Part shown: positions 22,491 through 32,991 of the stretch, piece by piece | Layout of the letters: the number at the start of each line of letters is the position of its first letter | Position numbering within the stretch: the stretch's first letter is position 1 | NCBI GenBank assembly: GCA_016432625.1 | Contig: CP066697.1 | Span: 586,561 to 650,560 of the forward strand | Length of the DNA stretch: 64,000 nt | Source: Candidatus Berkelbacteria bacterium | Lineage (GTDB): Bacteria > Patescibacteriota > UBA1384 > 2-12-FULL-50-11 | Reading direction: 5' to 3' | The notes under the pieces: generated by a model | Told to the model about the DNA's origin: nothing | The model's database searches: none | Seen by the model: the letters and a program-made list of their open reading frames with translations, nothing else | Made by a program: the position numbers and the translations under genes

Positions 22491-23854
22491 TAATCGGGTC
22501 GACTCGCTGGGGTATTGGTTTTAGCGCGGCGCTCAACGTCGTAGAATCTGGCTTGCTCGGCCTTGAAATGCAGCTCAACTTCACCGATCGGACCGTTTCG
22601 GTGTTTACGGATCAGCAGATCGGTAACGCCTTTGCGCTCAGTTTCTCTGTCGTAATAATCCTCGCGGTAAAGGAACATCACCACATCAGCATCTTGCTCG
22701 ATCGAACCGGACTCGCGTAGATCTGAGAGCTGCGGGACTTTCTTTTCCCGACCCTCGACGGCGCGCGAGAGCTGAGAAAGCGCTATCACCGGCACGTCGA
22801 GCTCCCTGGCTAAGGCCTTTAGTGAGCGCGAGATCTCCGATACTTCCTGAACACGATTAGAATCGCGATTTTCCCGACGGGATGATTCCAGCAGCTGTAA
22901 ATAGTCGATGACAATTAGGCCCAACTGCTGCTCGGCGCGCAAGCGGCGAGCTTTGGTGCGAATTTCAATCGCCGTCAGAGTTGGTGAGTCGTCAATATAA
23001 ATCGGCGCCTCAGCCAGCGTTCCCATTGCCATACCGATGGCCGGAAAGTCGTCTTCGCTCAGATTGCCAGTCCGTAATTTCCAGTTGTCCACCATGGCTT
23101 GTGCGCAAATCAGACGATCAACAATCTGCTCCTTACTTTGTTCCAAGGAGAAAAAACCAACCGGGACTTGAGCTTTGACGGCAGCGTTCAGGGCGATATT
23201 TAAAGCAAAAGTTGTTTTACCCATACTTGGACGGGCAGCAAGAATAATAAGATCGGACGGCTGCAAACCTGAGAGTTTATTATCGAGATCTTTAAACCCA
23301 GTTGGCACACCGCGTAGCAAACCTTTTTCGCGGTGCAGCCGGTCAATGCGGTCAAAACTACCCGCCAATATATCGCTAATAACCTGGAAATTGTCCTTCA
23401 AGAGCTGCCTAGAAACGCCGAATAGCGCTGATTCTGCTTCGTCGAGAATTACCTGCACTTCGGCTTCCTCATCGTAACCAAGCTCAGCGATCTTCTGGCC
23501 AGCATTGAGAATACGGCGGAGCGTGGCCTTATGCCTAACAATCTCAGCGTAATGTAGGACGTGCACGGCGGTCGGCACTGTATTAACTAACTCTGCTATA
23601 TAGGCAGCGCCGCCGACTGTATCCAATTCCTTCAAGGCTTCAAGCTCGTTAGTTAACGTTACTAGGTCGATTGGCGAACGCTTTTCGAACAGTCGCAGGA
23701 TGGCTCGAAAGATTTTTTGATGGTCTTGTCGATAGAAATCTTCGGCAATTAAAACGTCGGCCACTTTGTCCATGGCATCTTTGTTAACCAAAATTGCGCC
23801 CAAGACGGCGGCCTCAGCCTCAATATTCTGTGGCGGTAATTTACCGATAGCCAT
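22490..23854 (-). CDS. dnaB: replicative DNA helicase
   Basis: N-terminal NIEAEAAVLGAILVN, RecA-like C-domain with Walker A GARPSMGKT. Confidence 0.9.
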   Translation of the reverse strand: MAIGKLPPQNIEAEAAVLGAILVNKDAMDKVADVLIAEDFYRQDHQKIFRAILRLFEKRSPIDLVTLTNELEALKELDTVGGAAYIAELVNTVPTAVHVLHYAEIVRHKATLRRILNAGQKIAELGYDEEAEVQVILDEAESALFGVSRQLLKDNFQVISDILAGSFDRIDRLHREKGLLRGVPTGFKDLDNKLSGLQPSDLIILAARPSMGKTTFALNIALNAAVKAQVPVGFFSLEQSKEQIVDRLICAQAMVDNWKLRTGNLSEDDFPAIGMAMGTLAEAPIYIDDSPTLTAIEIRTKARRLRAEQQLGLIVIDYLQLLESSRRENRDSNRVQEVSEISRSLKALARELDVPVIALSQLSRAVEGREKKVPQLSDLRESGSIEQDADVVMFLYREDYYDRETERKGVTDLLIRKHRNGPIGEVELHFKAEQARFYDVERRAKTNTPASRPD

Positions 23855-23856
23855 AG

Positions 23857-25329
23857 CTACTTCGTCTCCTCTAGCTCAAAAACGTCTACCACTGTCCGTA
23901 CCAGATCATCATTGTTACTGACGCCGACGTCAAGGTCGGCGCGGATAACACACTCGAGCTTCATCGGCCGACCGGCCACTTCGTTGGCGACCGCCTCGAT
24001 AATTTTCCTATTTCGCGCCTCGTTCATCCGGTCAACATAAAAACGGAACTTGACGGCTACGACGACACTAGTTTCGCTGAGTCCCTCGAGTCTCGCGGCT
24101 CTCACAACCATGTACAAAGCATGATTATGGCCTTTGATTCCTTCGAGGAACTTATTCCAGAAAGTTGCGTCTGCGTCAGTTGTGCCAGTTGCCTGAACGC
24201 TTGCCGCGACAGTGTCGACAGGGGCTGGGGCATCTACGGTGAGGGGCTTTTCGACCTTCTGTACGTCGCGCATTGCCGGAGGTGCGTTGGTAACTTTGAG
24301 GTTGGCAGCAGGGCGAAGTGTCAGGGCAAGATTAATAAATTCGGCCAAAATTAAAGCTGTTGGGTCAACTGAGGAGCGCGACCGAGCCAGCACAAGCAGC
24401 AGCTGCTCTAGCACGCGCGCCACGGCTGGTTCAACTGAGAGCGAAGCGTTATCGAGGATCATATTCTTGCACTCATCGGCCACGGCTTTAGCAAGTACGG
24501 TGATGTCCCCGCCCGAAGCGAGAAAGTTTTTCAAAACGCTGGCTAATTTGTCAGCGTCGCCCTCTTGTAATAGTTGGAGCGTTTCTAGGACGATTTGGTG
24601 CGGCGGCAAGCCCAGCAGCTCTCTGACTTTAGCCACGTTCAACTCCCCCTCTTGACTAGCAATGTTACCAAGCAGCGTCAGAGCGTCCCGGTACGAGCCG
24701 TCGGCACGAGCCGCGATCGCCTGGACAGCTTCGCCGTCTAGCTTTAGTTTTTCCTTCCTCCCTACCGTCTCGAGCAGACTGACCAAAGCTTCGGTTGAAG
24801 CTCTACGAAATTGATAACGCTGGCAACGAGAGATGATCGTCTCTGGTACTTTGTGCAGTTCGGTTGTCGCTAGGATAAAAATCACGTGAGACGGCGGTTC
24901 CTCGAGGGTTTTCAACAAGGCATTAAAGGCTTCCTTCGTCAGCATGTGTACTTCATCGATGATGTAAACCTTGTACTTGGCTCGGGCTGGAGCGAAGTTA
25001 ACCCGCTCTCTTAACTCGCGAATTTCGTCGATTCCGCGATTAGAAGCGGCGTCGATCTCAAACACATCAACTGACCTGCCTTCGCCAATCTCAAGACAAA
25101 GTTCGCAGCTGTTGCATGGGTTTTGATTTGGGGGTCGTTTCTGGCAGTTTAGTGACCGAGCAAATAGCCTGGCTAGTGTTGTCTTGCCAGTACCGCGGGA
25201 GCCAGAGAATAAATAGGCGTGGCCGACACGGTTATTTTTGAGTGAAGTAACAAGAGACGAACAGATATGCTCCTGCCCTAAAACATCATCAAAAATCTTG
25301 GGCCGATAAGCGCGATAGAGGCTCGACAT
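23857..25329 (-). CDS. dnaX: DNA polymerase III subunit gamma/tau (short)
   Basis: AAA+ clamp-loader motifs AYLFSGSRGTGKTTLARLFARSLNC and CxxC zinc module. Confidence 0.9.
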   Translation of the reverse strand: MSSLYRAYRPKIFDDVLGQEHICSSLVTSLKNNRVGHAYLFSGSRGTGKTTLARLFARSLNCQKRPPNQNPCNSCELCLEIGEGRSVDVFEIDAASNRGIDEIRELRERVNFAPARAKYKVYIIDEVHMLTKEAFNALLKTLEEPPSHVIFILATTELHKVPETIISRCQRYQFRRASTEALVSLLETVGRKEKLKLDGEAVQAIAARADGSYRDALTLLGNIASQEGELNVAKVRELLGLPPHQIVLETLQLLQEGDADKLASVLKNFLASGGDITVLAKAVADECKNMILDNASLSVEPAVARVLEQLLLVLARSRSSVDPTALILAEFINLALTLRPAANLKVTNAPPAMRDVQKVEKPLTVDAPAPVDTVAASVQATGTTDADATFWNKFLEGIKGHNHALYMVVRAARLEGLSETSVVVAVKFRFYVDRMNEARNRKIIEAVANEVAGRPMKLECVIRADLDVGVSNNDDLVRTVVDVFELEETK

Positions 25330-25446
25330 GTCGAAGTCATACTGCCACGACTGGGCCTAAAAGTCATTACCAGCCTACCATCGAGGATGGGTTTTGCTCC
25401 CTGGCCGTCTAGGCAAATTCTGGTAGCATAATTTAAGGAGGGGAAA

Positions 25447-27336
25447 TTGGCTGTTACCAACGACATTATCAAAAAAATCAGTCAAAAAACTAACCAGCCT
25501 GTCTTTAAAGTGCGGGCGTATTTACGAGGCCTAACCGACATCATCGCTTCCGGTCTTAGTGAAGGCAGTAAAGTTGAAACCGACGGTCTGGGGACGTTCA
25601 AATTAACTCGCTTGCCGGAGCGCAAGGTTGTGACAAATTTCGGCGGTAAAAAGCAAACAATCACACTTGAGGCAGCTGTCACGCCAGATTTCGACGTTGA
25701 CCCGGTGCTTCAGAATAAAATAACAACTACTCCCAAGCCTACCGCCGCTGACGGCCCAATCACCGAGCAGTTCCGCATCAGCAACCTTCATACCAGAGAA
25801 TCAGCCGTTCAATTCATTGAGCTAGTAGACAAGACGATTCCTAAAAATGTCTTGAACCTAGTCCCGGAGCCGATCGCTCGCAAGTATCAAGCTGTCCCAT
25901 TCTCCCTTAAAGATAAGACCGTTTATATCGGTATGACCGACCCTGAGAATGAAGAAGCCTTTAACGCCATCCGAAAGTCTTCTGGTAAGATCGTCAAAGC
26001 ATTTATCACTACTCAAGACGATGTTAACCATGTGCTCGATCAATATTCTGGCTTGCAGTCTGACCTCAGCGAGCTAGTTGAGATTTCCGAGGAAGAAGAT
26101 AAGAACCAGTCTACGAAGGAGAAAGTTAGCGAAGAGGACTTTGCTGAGACTTCGCCAGCTGCCAAAATCGTCGCTTCTCTGCTCAAACGTGCCGTACGCG
26201 AAAAAGCCTCAGATATTCACGTTGAGCCGTCGGAAGAAGACGTTGTTGTCCGTTTCCGTATCGATGGCGTGCTGCGCAAGGTGCTGAACTTGCCGAAAGA
26301 AGTTCAGCCCGCCGTGATTTCTCGGGTTAAGATCCTTTCCAGCCTGAAGATCGATGAGACTCGTTTACCGCAAGACGGTAGGATTCAGATTCTCCTTGAC
26401 GGCAATAAGATCGACTTTCGTATCTCAACCCTGCCGACAGTTAACGGCGAAAAGGTCGTCGCCCGCGTCCTCGACCACTCACATGGCGTCCTTACATTGG
26501 CCGACCTAGGCGTCCGCGGTAGCTCCTTCAAAGTGCTGGAGGAAAATCTAACCAAGGCACATGGCATGACGCTAATTACTGGGCCAACCGGGAGCGGTAA
26601 GTCCACGACGCTTTACGCGATGATCGCCCGTATCAAAAACGAGGCCATTAACATTATTACTATGGAAGACCCGGTGGAGTACCGGATGCCTGGCGTCAAC
26701 CAAAGCCAGGTAAACGCCAAGATTAATTTCAACTTCGCTAGTGGGCTCCGGTCAATCCTGCGCCAGGATCCAGACGTTGTGATGGTCGGCGAGATTCGCG
26801 ACAAAGAGACAGCTGATATCGCTATTAACGCTGCCTTGACTGGGCACGTTGTTTTAAGCTCGCTCCACACTAATGACTCAGCCGGAGCCTTACCGCGCTT
26901 ACTCGATATGGGCATCGAGCCGTTTCTCATTACTTCAAGCACCAACGCAATTGTGGCGCAGCGACTTTGCCGGAAAATTTGCGATAAGTGTAAACAGGAA
27001 GCGCCTCCGAAACCCGAGTACCAAGTGGTAATTAGCCAAGAAATTGAGAATCTTCCCGAAAAAGAAAAGGCCGAGGCTAAGAGCAAGAAAAGCCTTTTTG
27101 TCGGCGCTGGCTGTAACGCTTGTGGCAATTCAGGATATAAGGGCCGGATTGGTATTTTTGAAGTTATGGCGATCACTGAACCGATCAGAATGCTGACGAT
27201 CAAGCGCGCCTCTTCGACAGAGATTATGCAACAAGCCAAAAAAGACGGGACGATCAGTATGAAACAGGACGGCATCCTCAAAGCTTTGGACGGCCTCACG
27301 ACGATCGAAGAAGTTTGGCGCGTCACCAAAGACTAG
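25447..27336 (+). CDS. pilB: type IV pilus extension ATPase PilB/GspE with extra N-terminal HU/IHF-like domain
   Basis: TTG start after AAGGAGG; residues 1-90 align to the HU/IHF fold (K..GFGTF....R..R.G.NP.TG pattern); T2SSE_N domain; Walker A GPTGSGKSTT, Asp/His boxes, tetra-Cys zinc motif. Confidence 0.9.
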   Translation: MAVTNDIIKKISQKTNQPVFKVRAYLRGLTDIIASGLSEGSKVETDGLGTFKLTRLPERKVVTNFGGKKQTITLEAAVTPDFDVDPVLQNKITTTPKPTAADGPITEQFRISNLHTRESAVQFIELVDKTIPKNVLNLVPEPIARKYQAVPFSLKDKTVYIGMTDPENEEAFNAIRKSSGKIVKAFITTQDDVNHVLDQYSGLQSDLSELVEISEEEDKNQSTKEKVSEEDFAETSPAAKIVASLLKRAVREKASDIHVEPSEEDVVVRFRIDGVLRKVLNLPKEVQPAVISRVKILSSLKIDETRLPQDGRIQILLDGNKIDFRISTLPTVNGEKVVARVLDHSHGVLTLADLGVRGSSFKVLEENLTKAHGMTLITGPTGSGKSTTLYAMIARIKNEAINIITMEDPVEYRMPGVNQSQVNAKINFNFASGLRSILRQDPDVVMVGEIRDKETADIAINAALTGHVVLSSLHTNDSAGALPRLLDMGIEPFLITSSTNAIVAQRLCRKICDKCKQEAPPKPEYQVVISQEIENLPEKEKAEAKSKKSLFVGAGCNACGNSGYKGRIGIFEVMAITEPIRMLTIKRASSTEIMQQAKKDGTISMKQDGILKALDGLTTIEEVWRVTKD

Positions 27337-27337
27337 C

Positions 27338-28543
27338 ATGTCGCAATATAGCTACGTCGCCAGAGAAATTAGCAACTCCGTAAAACATACCGGGCAGCTC
27401 GAAGCGGCAAATGTTGCCGAGGCAACAAAGCAGTTAAGAGGGCAGGGCTTGTTGCCGATAAAGATTACGGAGGGCAAGGGCGGATTGCGCTTAACGATCA
27501 ATCGTAAAAATGTACCGTTAAAAGAGAAGATAATTTTCACGAGACAGCTGGCGGTTATGGTGAAAGCCGGTTTGCCGCTGGTTAAAGCCCTTGAAGCACT
27601 CGCCAGACAGACCGAGAACAAATTCTTCCGTGAGGTAATCACTGAGATAATTAAACAAGTTGAAGGCGGAGCACAGCTTTCCGCCGTCATGAACCGCTAC
27701 CCAAAGGTTTTCAGCGAGGTTTATATTGCCGTGATCAAAGCTGGCGAGCAGACCGGGCAACTGAGCGAAGTGCTTTTCAATCTGGCGGATCAACAGGAAA
27801 AACAGGCCGACTTAATCTCTAAAGTTCGCGGCGCCCTAATGTACCCAGCGGTTATTTTTGTCGCATTAATTGGGGTTATTTTCTTAATAGTATTCTTCGT
27901 TCTACCAAGCCTCCAAACAGTTTTCCGTGACTTCGGCGCTGAGTTACCGCTGACAACAAGAATACTTTTCGGCATAAGTACAGTCGCTCGAAAATATTTC
28001 TACATCGTTTTCCCCGCCCTGATAGCACTATTTTATCTACTGCGGCTGTGGGTGCTGCGCCCTGGCGGTCGTTTAGTCTATGACAAAGTCAAAATTAATT
28101 TGCCAATTTTCGGCTCGCTAACCAAAAAAGTCTACATGGCGAGTTTTTCGCGAACGATGGGAATGCTGGTTCGATCCAGTTTACCGATCCTCCTCTCGAT
28201 AAAAATTGTTCAAAAAACGATCAATAATAAGCACTACGAAGCGGCATTTGACCGAATTGCGGCGCTTGTTGAATCTGGAAAGCCGCTCTCAGCTGCGATC
28301 GCTAAAGAGGAGCTGTTCCCACCCATGGTCTCTCAACTCACCACTCTAGGCGAAGAGTCTGGTAACTTGGAGTCAGTCCTCCAAGAAATCACTCGATTTT
28401 ACGACTCCGAAATCGACAATATGACCAAAAACATGGCCTCGCTAATCGAGCCGATAATGTTGGTCATAATGGGTATTGGCGTCGCGTTCGTCGTCGCCTC
28501 GGTATTAGGACCAATTTATAAACTAGTGTCCGACTTTCATTAA
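27338..28543 (+). CDS. pilC: type IV pilus inner-membrane platform protein PilC/GspF
   Basis: Two GspF repeats and three TM segments; start overlaps the pilB stop. Confidence 0.9.
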   Translation: MSQYSYVAREISNSVKHTGQLEAANVAEATKQLRGQGLLPIKITEGKGGLRLTINRKNVPLKEKIIFTRQLAVMVKAGLPLVKALEALARQTENKFFREVITEIIKQVEGGAQLSAVMNRYPKVFSEVYIAVIKAGEQTGQLSEVLFNLADQQEKQADLISKVRGALMYPAVIFVALIGVIFLIVFFVLPSLQTVFRDFGAELPLTTRILFGISTVARKYFYIVFPALIALFYLLRLWVLRPGGRLVYDKVKINLPIFGSLTKKVYMASFSRTMGMLVRSSLPILLSIKIVQKTINNKHYEAAFDRIAALVESGKPLSAAIAKEELFPPMVSQLTTLGEESGNLESVLQEITRFYDSEIDNMTKNMASLIEPIMLVIMGIGVAFVVASVLGPIYKLVSDFH

Positions 28544-28605
28544 ATAATGACTGACTGTATTCTAATAATTAAGCTGTTAATTGGTTCGCAAAAAGCGGAG
28601 GGGTT

Positions 28606-29643
28606 TTGAATACAACGATCGGTATCGACATTGGCTACGAGACGGTGAAAGTCATCGGCCTCGAGAATCACGGCAAGCGCTGGAAACTGCGCGGTATGAA
28701 TATTGCCCCAATTCCTGCCAATTCCTGGCAAACTGATGCCATTCTCAACCAGGACGCTATCGCTCAAACGGTTATTGAAACCCTAAAGAACGCTAAACCT
28801 GACGCCATCAACGGCAAGAGGGCGATGTTCGCTTTGCCAGAGTCGGTGATATTCTCCGGAACTTTTGCCATGCCGTTACTTGATAAGGAAGAACTTGCGC
28901 AGGCGATACCATTCGAACTCGCCGATAAGCTGTCGATCAATCTGGAAGAATTCTATTTCGACTATGAGGTCGTGACTACTAAGTGCAAGCCGCTAAGCCC
29001 AGCAGAGCTCGAGAAACTATCTAAGGCATCGGCCAAAACAAAGGACAGTAAAAAACCGGAGCCAACGCCGATCGAACAAGACGCGATGACCGTGTTTGCC
29101 GTGGCTGCGAAAAAGACGCTTATTGAGTCTGTAGTCTCCTTAGCAAAGAAGGCCGGCTTAGACCCTGCGGGTATCGACATCAAGCCTGGGGCAATCGCTA
29201 GGGCGGTAATCAGGCAGGGCGACGAGAAGGCTCGCGCCATCATCGACCTAGGGGCCGGAAGTACAGGCGCCTCAATCGTTGAAGGACAGAGCATAAGAGT
29301 TACCTCTACTGTTCCCTGGGGTGTTAAAGCCCTATTAGACAAAGGCCTTGGCGTCGAACAGCTGCGCAAGGAGTTCGCCGCTGTCTTCGATGAACTGGTT
29401 CATGTAACTAAGTTCTTCGAAAACCGTGTTTGTCCCGGAACGACGATCGAGGAGATCATCCTTTCTGGCTCAGGTACTAATATTCCACAGATAATCGATG
29501 TCTTTCAGCAAGAGACCGGTCTGCCATCAAAAATCGGCGAGCCGTTCGGCAATGTCGACACTGACCACTACCCGATCAAGGTTCAGTACTCGCACACCTT
29601 TTCCGATGCCGTTGGCCTAGCGATGAGGGACAACGATGCTTAA
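28606..29643 (+). CDS. pilM: type IV pilus assembly protein PilM (actin-like ATPase fold)
   Basis: TTG start after GGAGGGG; IGIDIGYETVKVI actin-like phosphate-1 motif; position between pilC and pilN. Confidence 0.8.
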   Translation: MNTTIGIDIGYETVKVIGLENHGKRWKLRGMNIAPIPANSWQTDAILNQDAIAQTVIETLKNAKPDAINGKRAMFALPESVIFSGTFAMPLLDKEELAQAIPFELADKLSINLEEFYFDYEVVTTKCKPLSPAELEKLSKASAKTKDSKKPEPTPIEQDAMTVFAVAAKKTLIESVVSLAKKAGLDPAGIDIKPGAIARAVIRQGDEKARAIIDLGAGSTGASIVEGQSIRVTSTVPWGVKALLDKGLGVEQLRKEFAAVFDELVHVTKFFENRVCPGTTIEEIILSGSGTNIPQIIDVFQQETGLPSKIGEPFGNVDTDHYPIKVQYSHTFSDAVGLAMRDNDA

Positions 29644-30190
29644 CCTCCTGCCACCAGAAACCAGAAAGCGCCAACACGCCAAATCCTCGCTCTACAGTCT
29701 TAGCGTTGTTTATATCATCATCGTCGCCGTACTTTTTCTTGGCGCTGGCGCGCTTGGAACGTGGCAGTTCGTGCTGCAAAACGATATCAACATGCGTAAT
29801 GAAGAGATAAGCCGGCTCAGGGCTAAAAAAGAGGCTCAGAGTGAAGTTGTGCTGAAAGCTGCCTTCATTGAAGATCGAATGAGTACCGCTGGCAGTTTCC
29901 AGGAGGATCAGAAATGGGAAGAGGTACTAGGCGATGTCGCTCAGGCAACACCGACCGATGTGCAATTGAGCTCGATCAAAGTGACAACTAAACCAACCCA
30001 GGTGTTAACCGTCGGCGGCAGCACCACCAATGCTCGAGCGATTGTCCTTTTCCGCGACAAGCTAGGCGCCACTAGCCGCTTTAAGGCTGCCGCAATTAGC
30101 TCCATCTCAGAGAATAAAACCGATACCAGCCGGGTCTTCACCTTCACAATCGAGATTAGTATCGGCACCTCAACCAAGGAGGGTAACTAA
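29636..30190 (+). CDS. pilN: PilN-like bitopic membrane protein
   Basis: Short cytoplasmic N-terminus LLPPETRKR, one TM helix, coiled-coil periplasmic domain; gene order. Confidence 0.6.
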   Translation: MLNLLPPETRKRQHAKSSLYSLSVVYIIIVAVLFLGAGALGTWQFVLQNDINMRNEEISRLRAKKEAQSEVVLKAAFIEDRMSTAGSFQEDQKWEEVLGDVAQATPTDVQLSSIKVTTKPTQVLTVGGSTTNARAIVLFRDKLGATSRFKAAAISSISENKTDTSRVFTFTIEISIGTSTKEGN

Positions 30191-30937
30191 ATGCTAGTTA
30201 AAAGCACATCGTTTTGGATCGCGACGGGAATATTTCTGGTCGCTTGCCTAGGTATCGTTTGGCTTGTTTTCCCTAAACTCATTTCCAAATTTCGCTTAGC
30301 GCAGCAAACACTCAAAACCGCCAATGAGGAAGTCGCTAAAACTCAGCAGTTTCTAAACACCGTCGAGACGTTAAATAAGAACCTCGACGACCTCGGAAAA
30401 TACAACGAAGCAGCCCGGCTGGCTTTGCCAACGACGACTGAGCCAGAGCAGTTACTGCTGCAACTGAACGGCCTTATTGCCGACCTAAAACTCGACGCCA
30501 CGGTCACCGTACCGATTAGCAAGACAACAGGGACGAGTACTACGTCGGGCGCCAGCTCAGGAGTAAAAGCCGGTTCGATCGGCGGTGGCACAGTCGTTAG
30601 TAATGAGAATGCCAACACCGACACTGGCGTCACCTTTACGATCAACGGGAAGTTCGGTTTTGGGGAACTGCAGACACTTATAGGACGCCTACGAACCTTC
30701 AGTCGCTGGAATAAAATCCAATCCATCGACATAACCCGTTCGGATTCCGCGTCGACAGTCTCAATTACGGGCCAGGTTTTCTCGAAACCTCTTAGCGGTA
30801 AAGAGTTCTCCGCCGCCGATCCACAATTCCTGAAAAAGGCCGGCGATTTATTCGGGGGCCTGCGTAGCTATGCGACAATCCCCGATATAACCCAAGAGGG
30901 CTCTTACGGACGCAAGGATCCGTTCGCCGGCCTATAG
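30191..30937 (+). CDS. pilO: PilO-like bitopic membrane protein with low-complexity Thr/Ser/Gly linker
   Basis: TM helix plus coiled coil; gene order; TGTSTTSGASSGVKAGSIGGGT linker. Confidence 0.5.
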   Translation: MLVKSTSFWIATGIFLVACLGIVWLVFPKLISKFRLAQQTLKTANEEVAKTQQFLNTVETLNKNLDDLGKYNEAARLALPTTTEPEQLLLQLNGLIADLKLDATVTVPISKTTGTSTTSGASSGVKAGSIGGGTVVSNENANTDTGVTFTINGKFGFGELQTLIGRLRTFSRWNKIQSIDITRSDSASTVSITGQVFSKPLSGKEFSAADPQFLKKAGDLFGGLRSYATIPDITQEGSYGRKDPFAGL

Positions 30938-31024
30938 TCGGCGAAATGCCGACTTTCCCTAGGGATTTTCCCGGCGGGTATAGGCCTTGGGATTGCAGCA
31001 CTGCCCGTAAGATCTACAATTGTT

Positions 31025-32407
31025 GTGGAGGGAAGTATTAAACGCCGTCGAGGATTCACCTTAATCGAGATATTAATCGATGCGCTTGTCATCACGATAG
31101 TTTTTGGGGCGCTTGCAGGGAGTCTGATCTTTGTTATCAAGAGCGTTAACAGTGGCAAACTTCGTACTGCAGCCGCCACTCTTGCCAACGAGCAGGTTGA
31201 ATATTTGCGTAACCTCCCTTACGACTCACTCTCGACCCAGAACGGCACCATCCTGCCACAGGGCAATATTCCCGATCAACAAACTCTAACCAGAAGTGGC
31301 AACTCGTTTGATTTGAAAACAACTATCATCTTTATCGACGATGTTTTTGATGGCTGCGCTATCCCCTTTGACGTTAATCTTTACCAGTGTACCGACGGCG
31401 GTACGTCTGCAACTTTTGACGTTGTGCCAGTAGACTATAAGCGGCTTACTGTCGAAGCGATGAAGGTTGGGGATCCGACAACCAAGACAACTCTTTCTAG
31501 TAATATCGCCGCGAAAGCGGCTGAAACACCCAGCAACACCGGCATGTTGCTTGTAAAAGTGATCAATGCCCTTGGTCAGCCGGTTGAAGGGGCGACGGTT
31601 ACAGTAACAAACGACGTTACCTTGGTGGATTTGCAGGGTCTTACTAACGCCCAAGGATACGTGTTCGTCGCCAACTTACCTCCCGACAACCAGAACGGCT
31701 ATCACATCGTCGCGACTAAGGACGGTTTCTCCACCGACTTCACCACCGATCGAACGGCGCAAAACCCCAACCAGCTTCAGCCAGACGTCGATATTAATGT
31801 CCAGCAGGTTACCGTTCAAACGCTAGCAATCGATCTGCTAGCAACGGCAACTCTTAACGTAGTGAACGAGCTCGGAGCGCCGCTCTCGGGAGTTGAGGTC
31901 ACCGCAACCAGTAATAAACTGCTATATACCAACCCGGACACGCCAAAGAACGTCTATGTCCAATCGAGTAACGGAACTGGCGTGGCGGTGTTCGCTAACA
32001 TCGAGTGGGACAGCTACAGCTTCACCGTCGCAAGCAGTTACCATGTCATCAGCACTAGTCCATACCAAAAGGTCGCGATCAATCCTGGTATCAATACCAA
32101 TGTCACATTAGCCCTTACTACCGACCCGAACTGGCCGCGCATTGATAGCGTCAGTCCCACTTCTGGAGTAGCCGGCGATACAGTGGTGGTTGCTATTGAA
32201 GGTGATAACTATGGCGGCAACGCTACGGTGATCCTGCGTCAAGCCGGGCAAGCCGACATTGTCCCAACAGTAATTGACGTCAACCCCAACCAAAAATCTC
32301 TCAATGCTACTTTCAACTTAACGGGCGCGGCGAGCGGCGCCTGGGACATTGTTCTTACCTCCAACAACCAAATCGTGACACAGCAGGGAGGTTTTACGAT
32401 CTCATGA
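31025..32407 (+). CDS. large prepilin-type protein (class III signal, G/FTLIE) with C-terminal beta-sandwich repeats
   Basis: MEGSIKRRRG-FTLIEILI prepilin cleavage/methylation motif; 460 aa with CarboxypepD_reg-like and Ig-like segments. Confidence 0.65.
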   Translation: MEGSIKRRRGFTLIEILIDALVITIVFGALAGSLIFVIKSVNSGKLRTAAATLANEQVEYLRNLPYDSLSTQNGTILPQGNIPDQQTLTRSGNSFDLKTTIIFIDDVFDGCAIPFDVNLYQCTDGGTSATFDVVPVDYKRLTVEAMKVGDPTTKTTLSSNIAAKAAETPSNTGMLLVKVINALGQPVEGATVTVTNDVTLVDLQGLTNAQGYVFVANLPPDNQNGYHIVATKDGFSTDFTTDRTAQNPNQLQPDVDINVQQVTVQTLAIDLLATATLNVVNELGAPLSGVEVTATSNKLLYTNPDTPKNVYVQSSNGTGVAVFANIEWDSYSFTVASSYHVISTSPYQKVAINPGINTNVTLALTTDPNWPRIDSVSPTSGVAGDTVVVAIEGDNYGGNATVILRQAGQADIVPTVIDVNPNQKSLNATFNLTGAASGAWDIVLTSNNQIVTQQGGFTIS

Positions 32408-32991
32408 GACTACGCAAGCAAAAGGCATTTTCGCTCGTCGAGATGATCATCGCGATAAGTATTATCGCGCTTTTCGGTGGGCTTGTAGCGACAAATATTA
32501 TCCAAACCTACCGCAACCATCAGATTGCCGAAGCGCAGTCGATTACCCAGCGCGACTTAAACCTTATGATCGACCGAGTTAGTCGGGTTTTGCGTAGCAC
32601 GACACTGATTCTTGAGACAACAGAAACCGGTCTGAAAGTACGGGGTTATCCTAAAGTTAACGATCCGGCGCCAAGTGAGATCTACTTCTATATCGAGAAT
32701 AGCGCCCTCAAATACTCCGTCATCCCCCCTACTGGCACAGCCCCCAATTATACCTACGACCCGAACGACGCCCAGTATTTCACGTTACTGCCCAAGGTCA
32801 CTAACTCTGTCGCTAATCCGCTATGGCGTTATTACGACGAAAATAGTGATCTCCTTGCTTTCCCGGTCAATAAAGCCGATGTCCGAATCGTTGAGACGCT
32901 ACCCTTTGCGCTCGACTCGGGTAACGCTCTGAGCGCGCCAATTGGGATTTCAACTAAAATAGCTCTGAGGAACTTTAAAACAAATCTTTAA
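32404..32991 (+). CDS. pseudopilin / minor pilin (prepilin-type N-terminus)
   Basis: KQKA-FSLVEMIIAISIIALFGG N-terminal methylation-type motif with Glu at +5. Confidence 0.55.
   Translation: MRLRKQKAFSLVEMIIAISIIALFGGLVATNIIQTYRNHQIAEAQSITQRDLNLMIDRVSRVLRSTTLILETTETGLKVRGYPKVNDPAPSEIYFYIENSALKYSVIPPTGTAPNYTYDPNDAQYFTLLPKVTNSVANPLWRYYDENSDLLAFPVNKADVRIVETLPFALDSGNALSAPIGISTKIALRNFKTNL

Noticed and set aside
26613-27329. 238 aa minus-strand ORF inside pilB (also 27352-27690 and 27518-27793 inside pilC)
   Set aside because: Antisense to strongly supported PilB/PilC coding sequence, low-complexity translation, no RBS.
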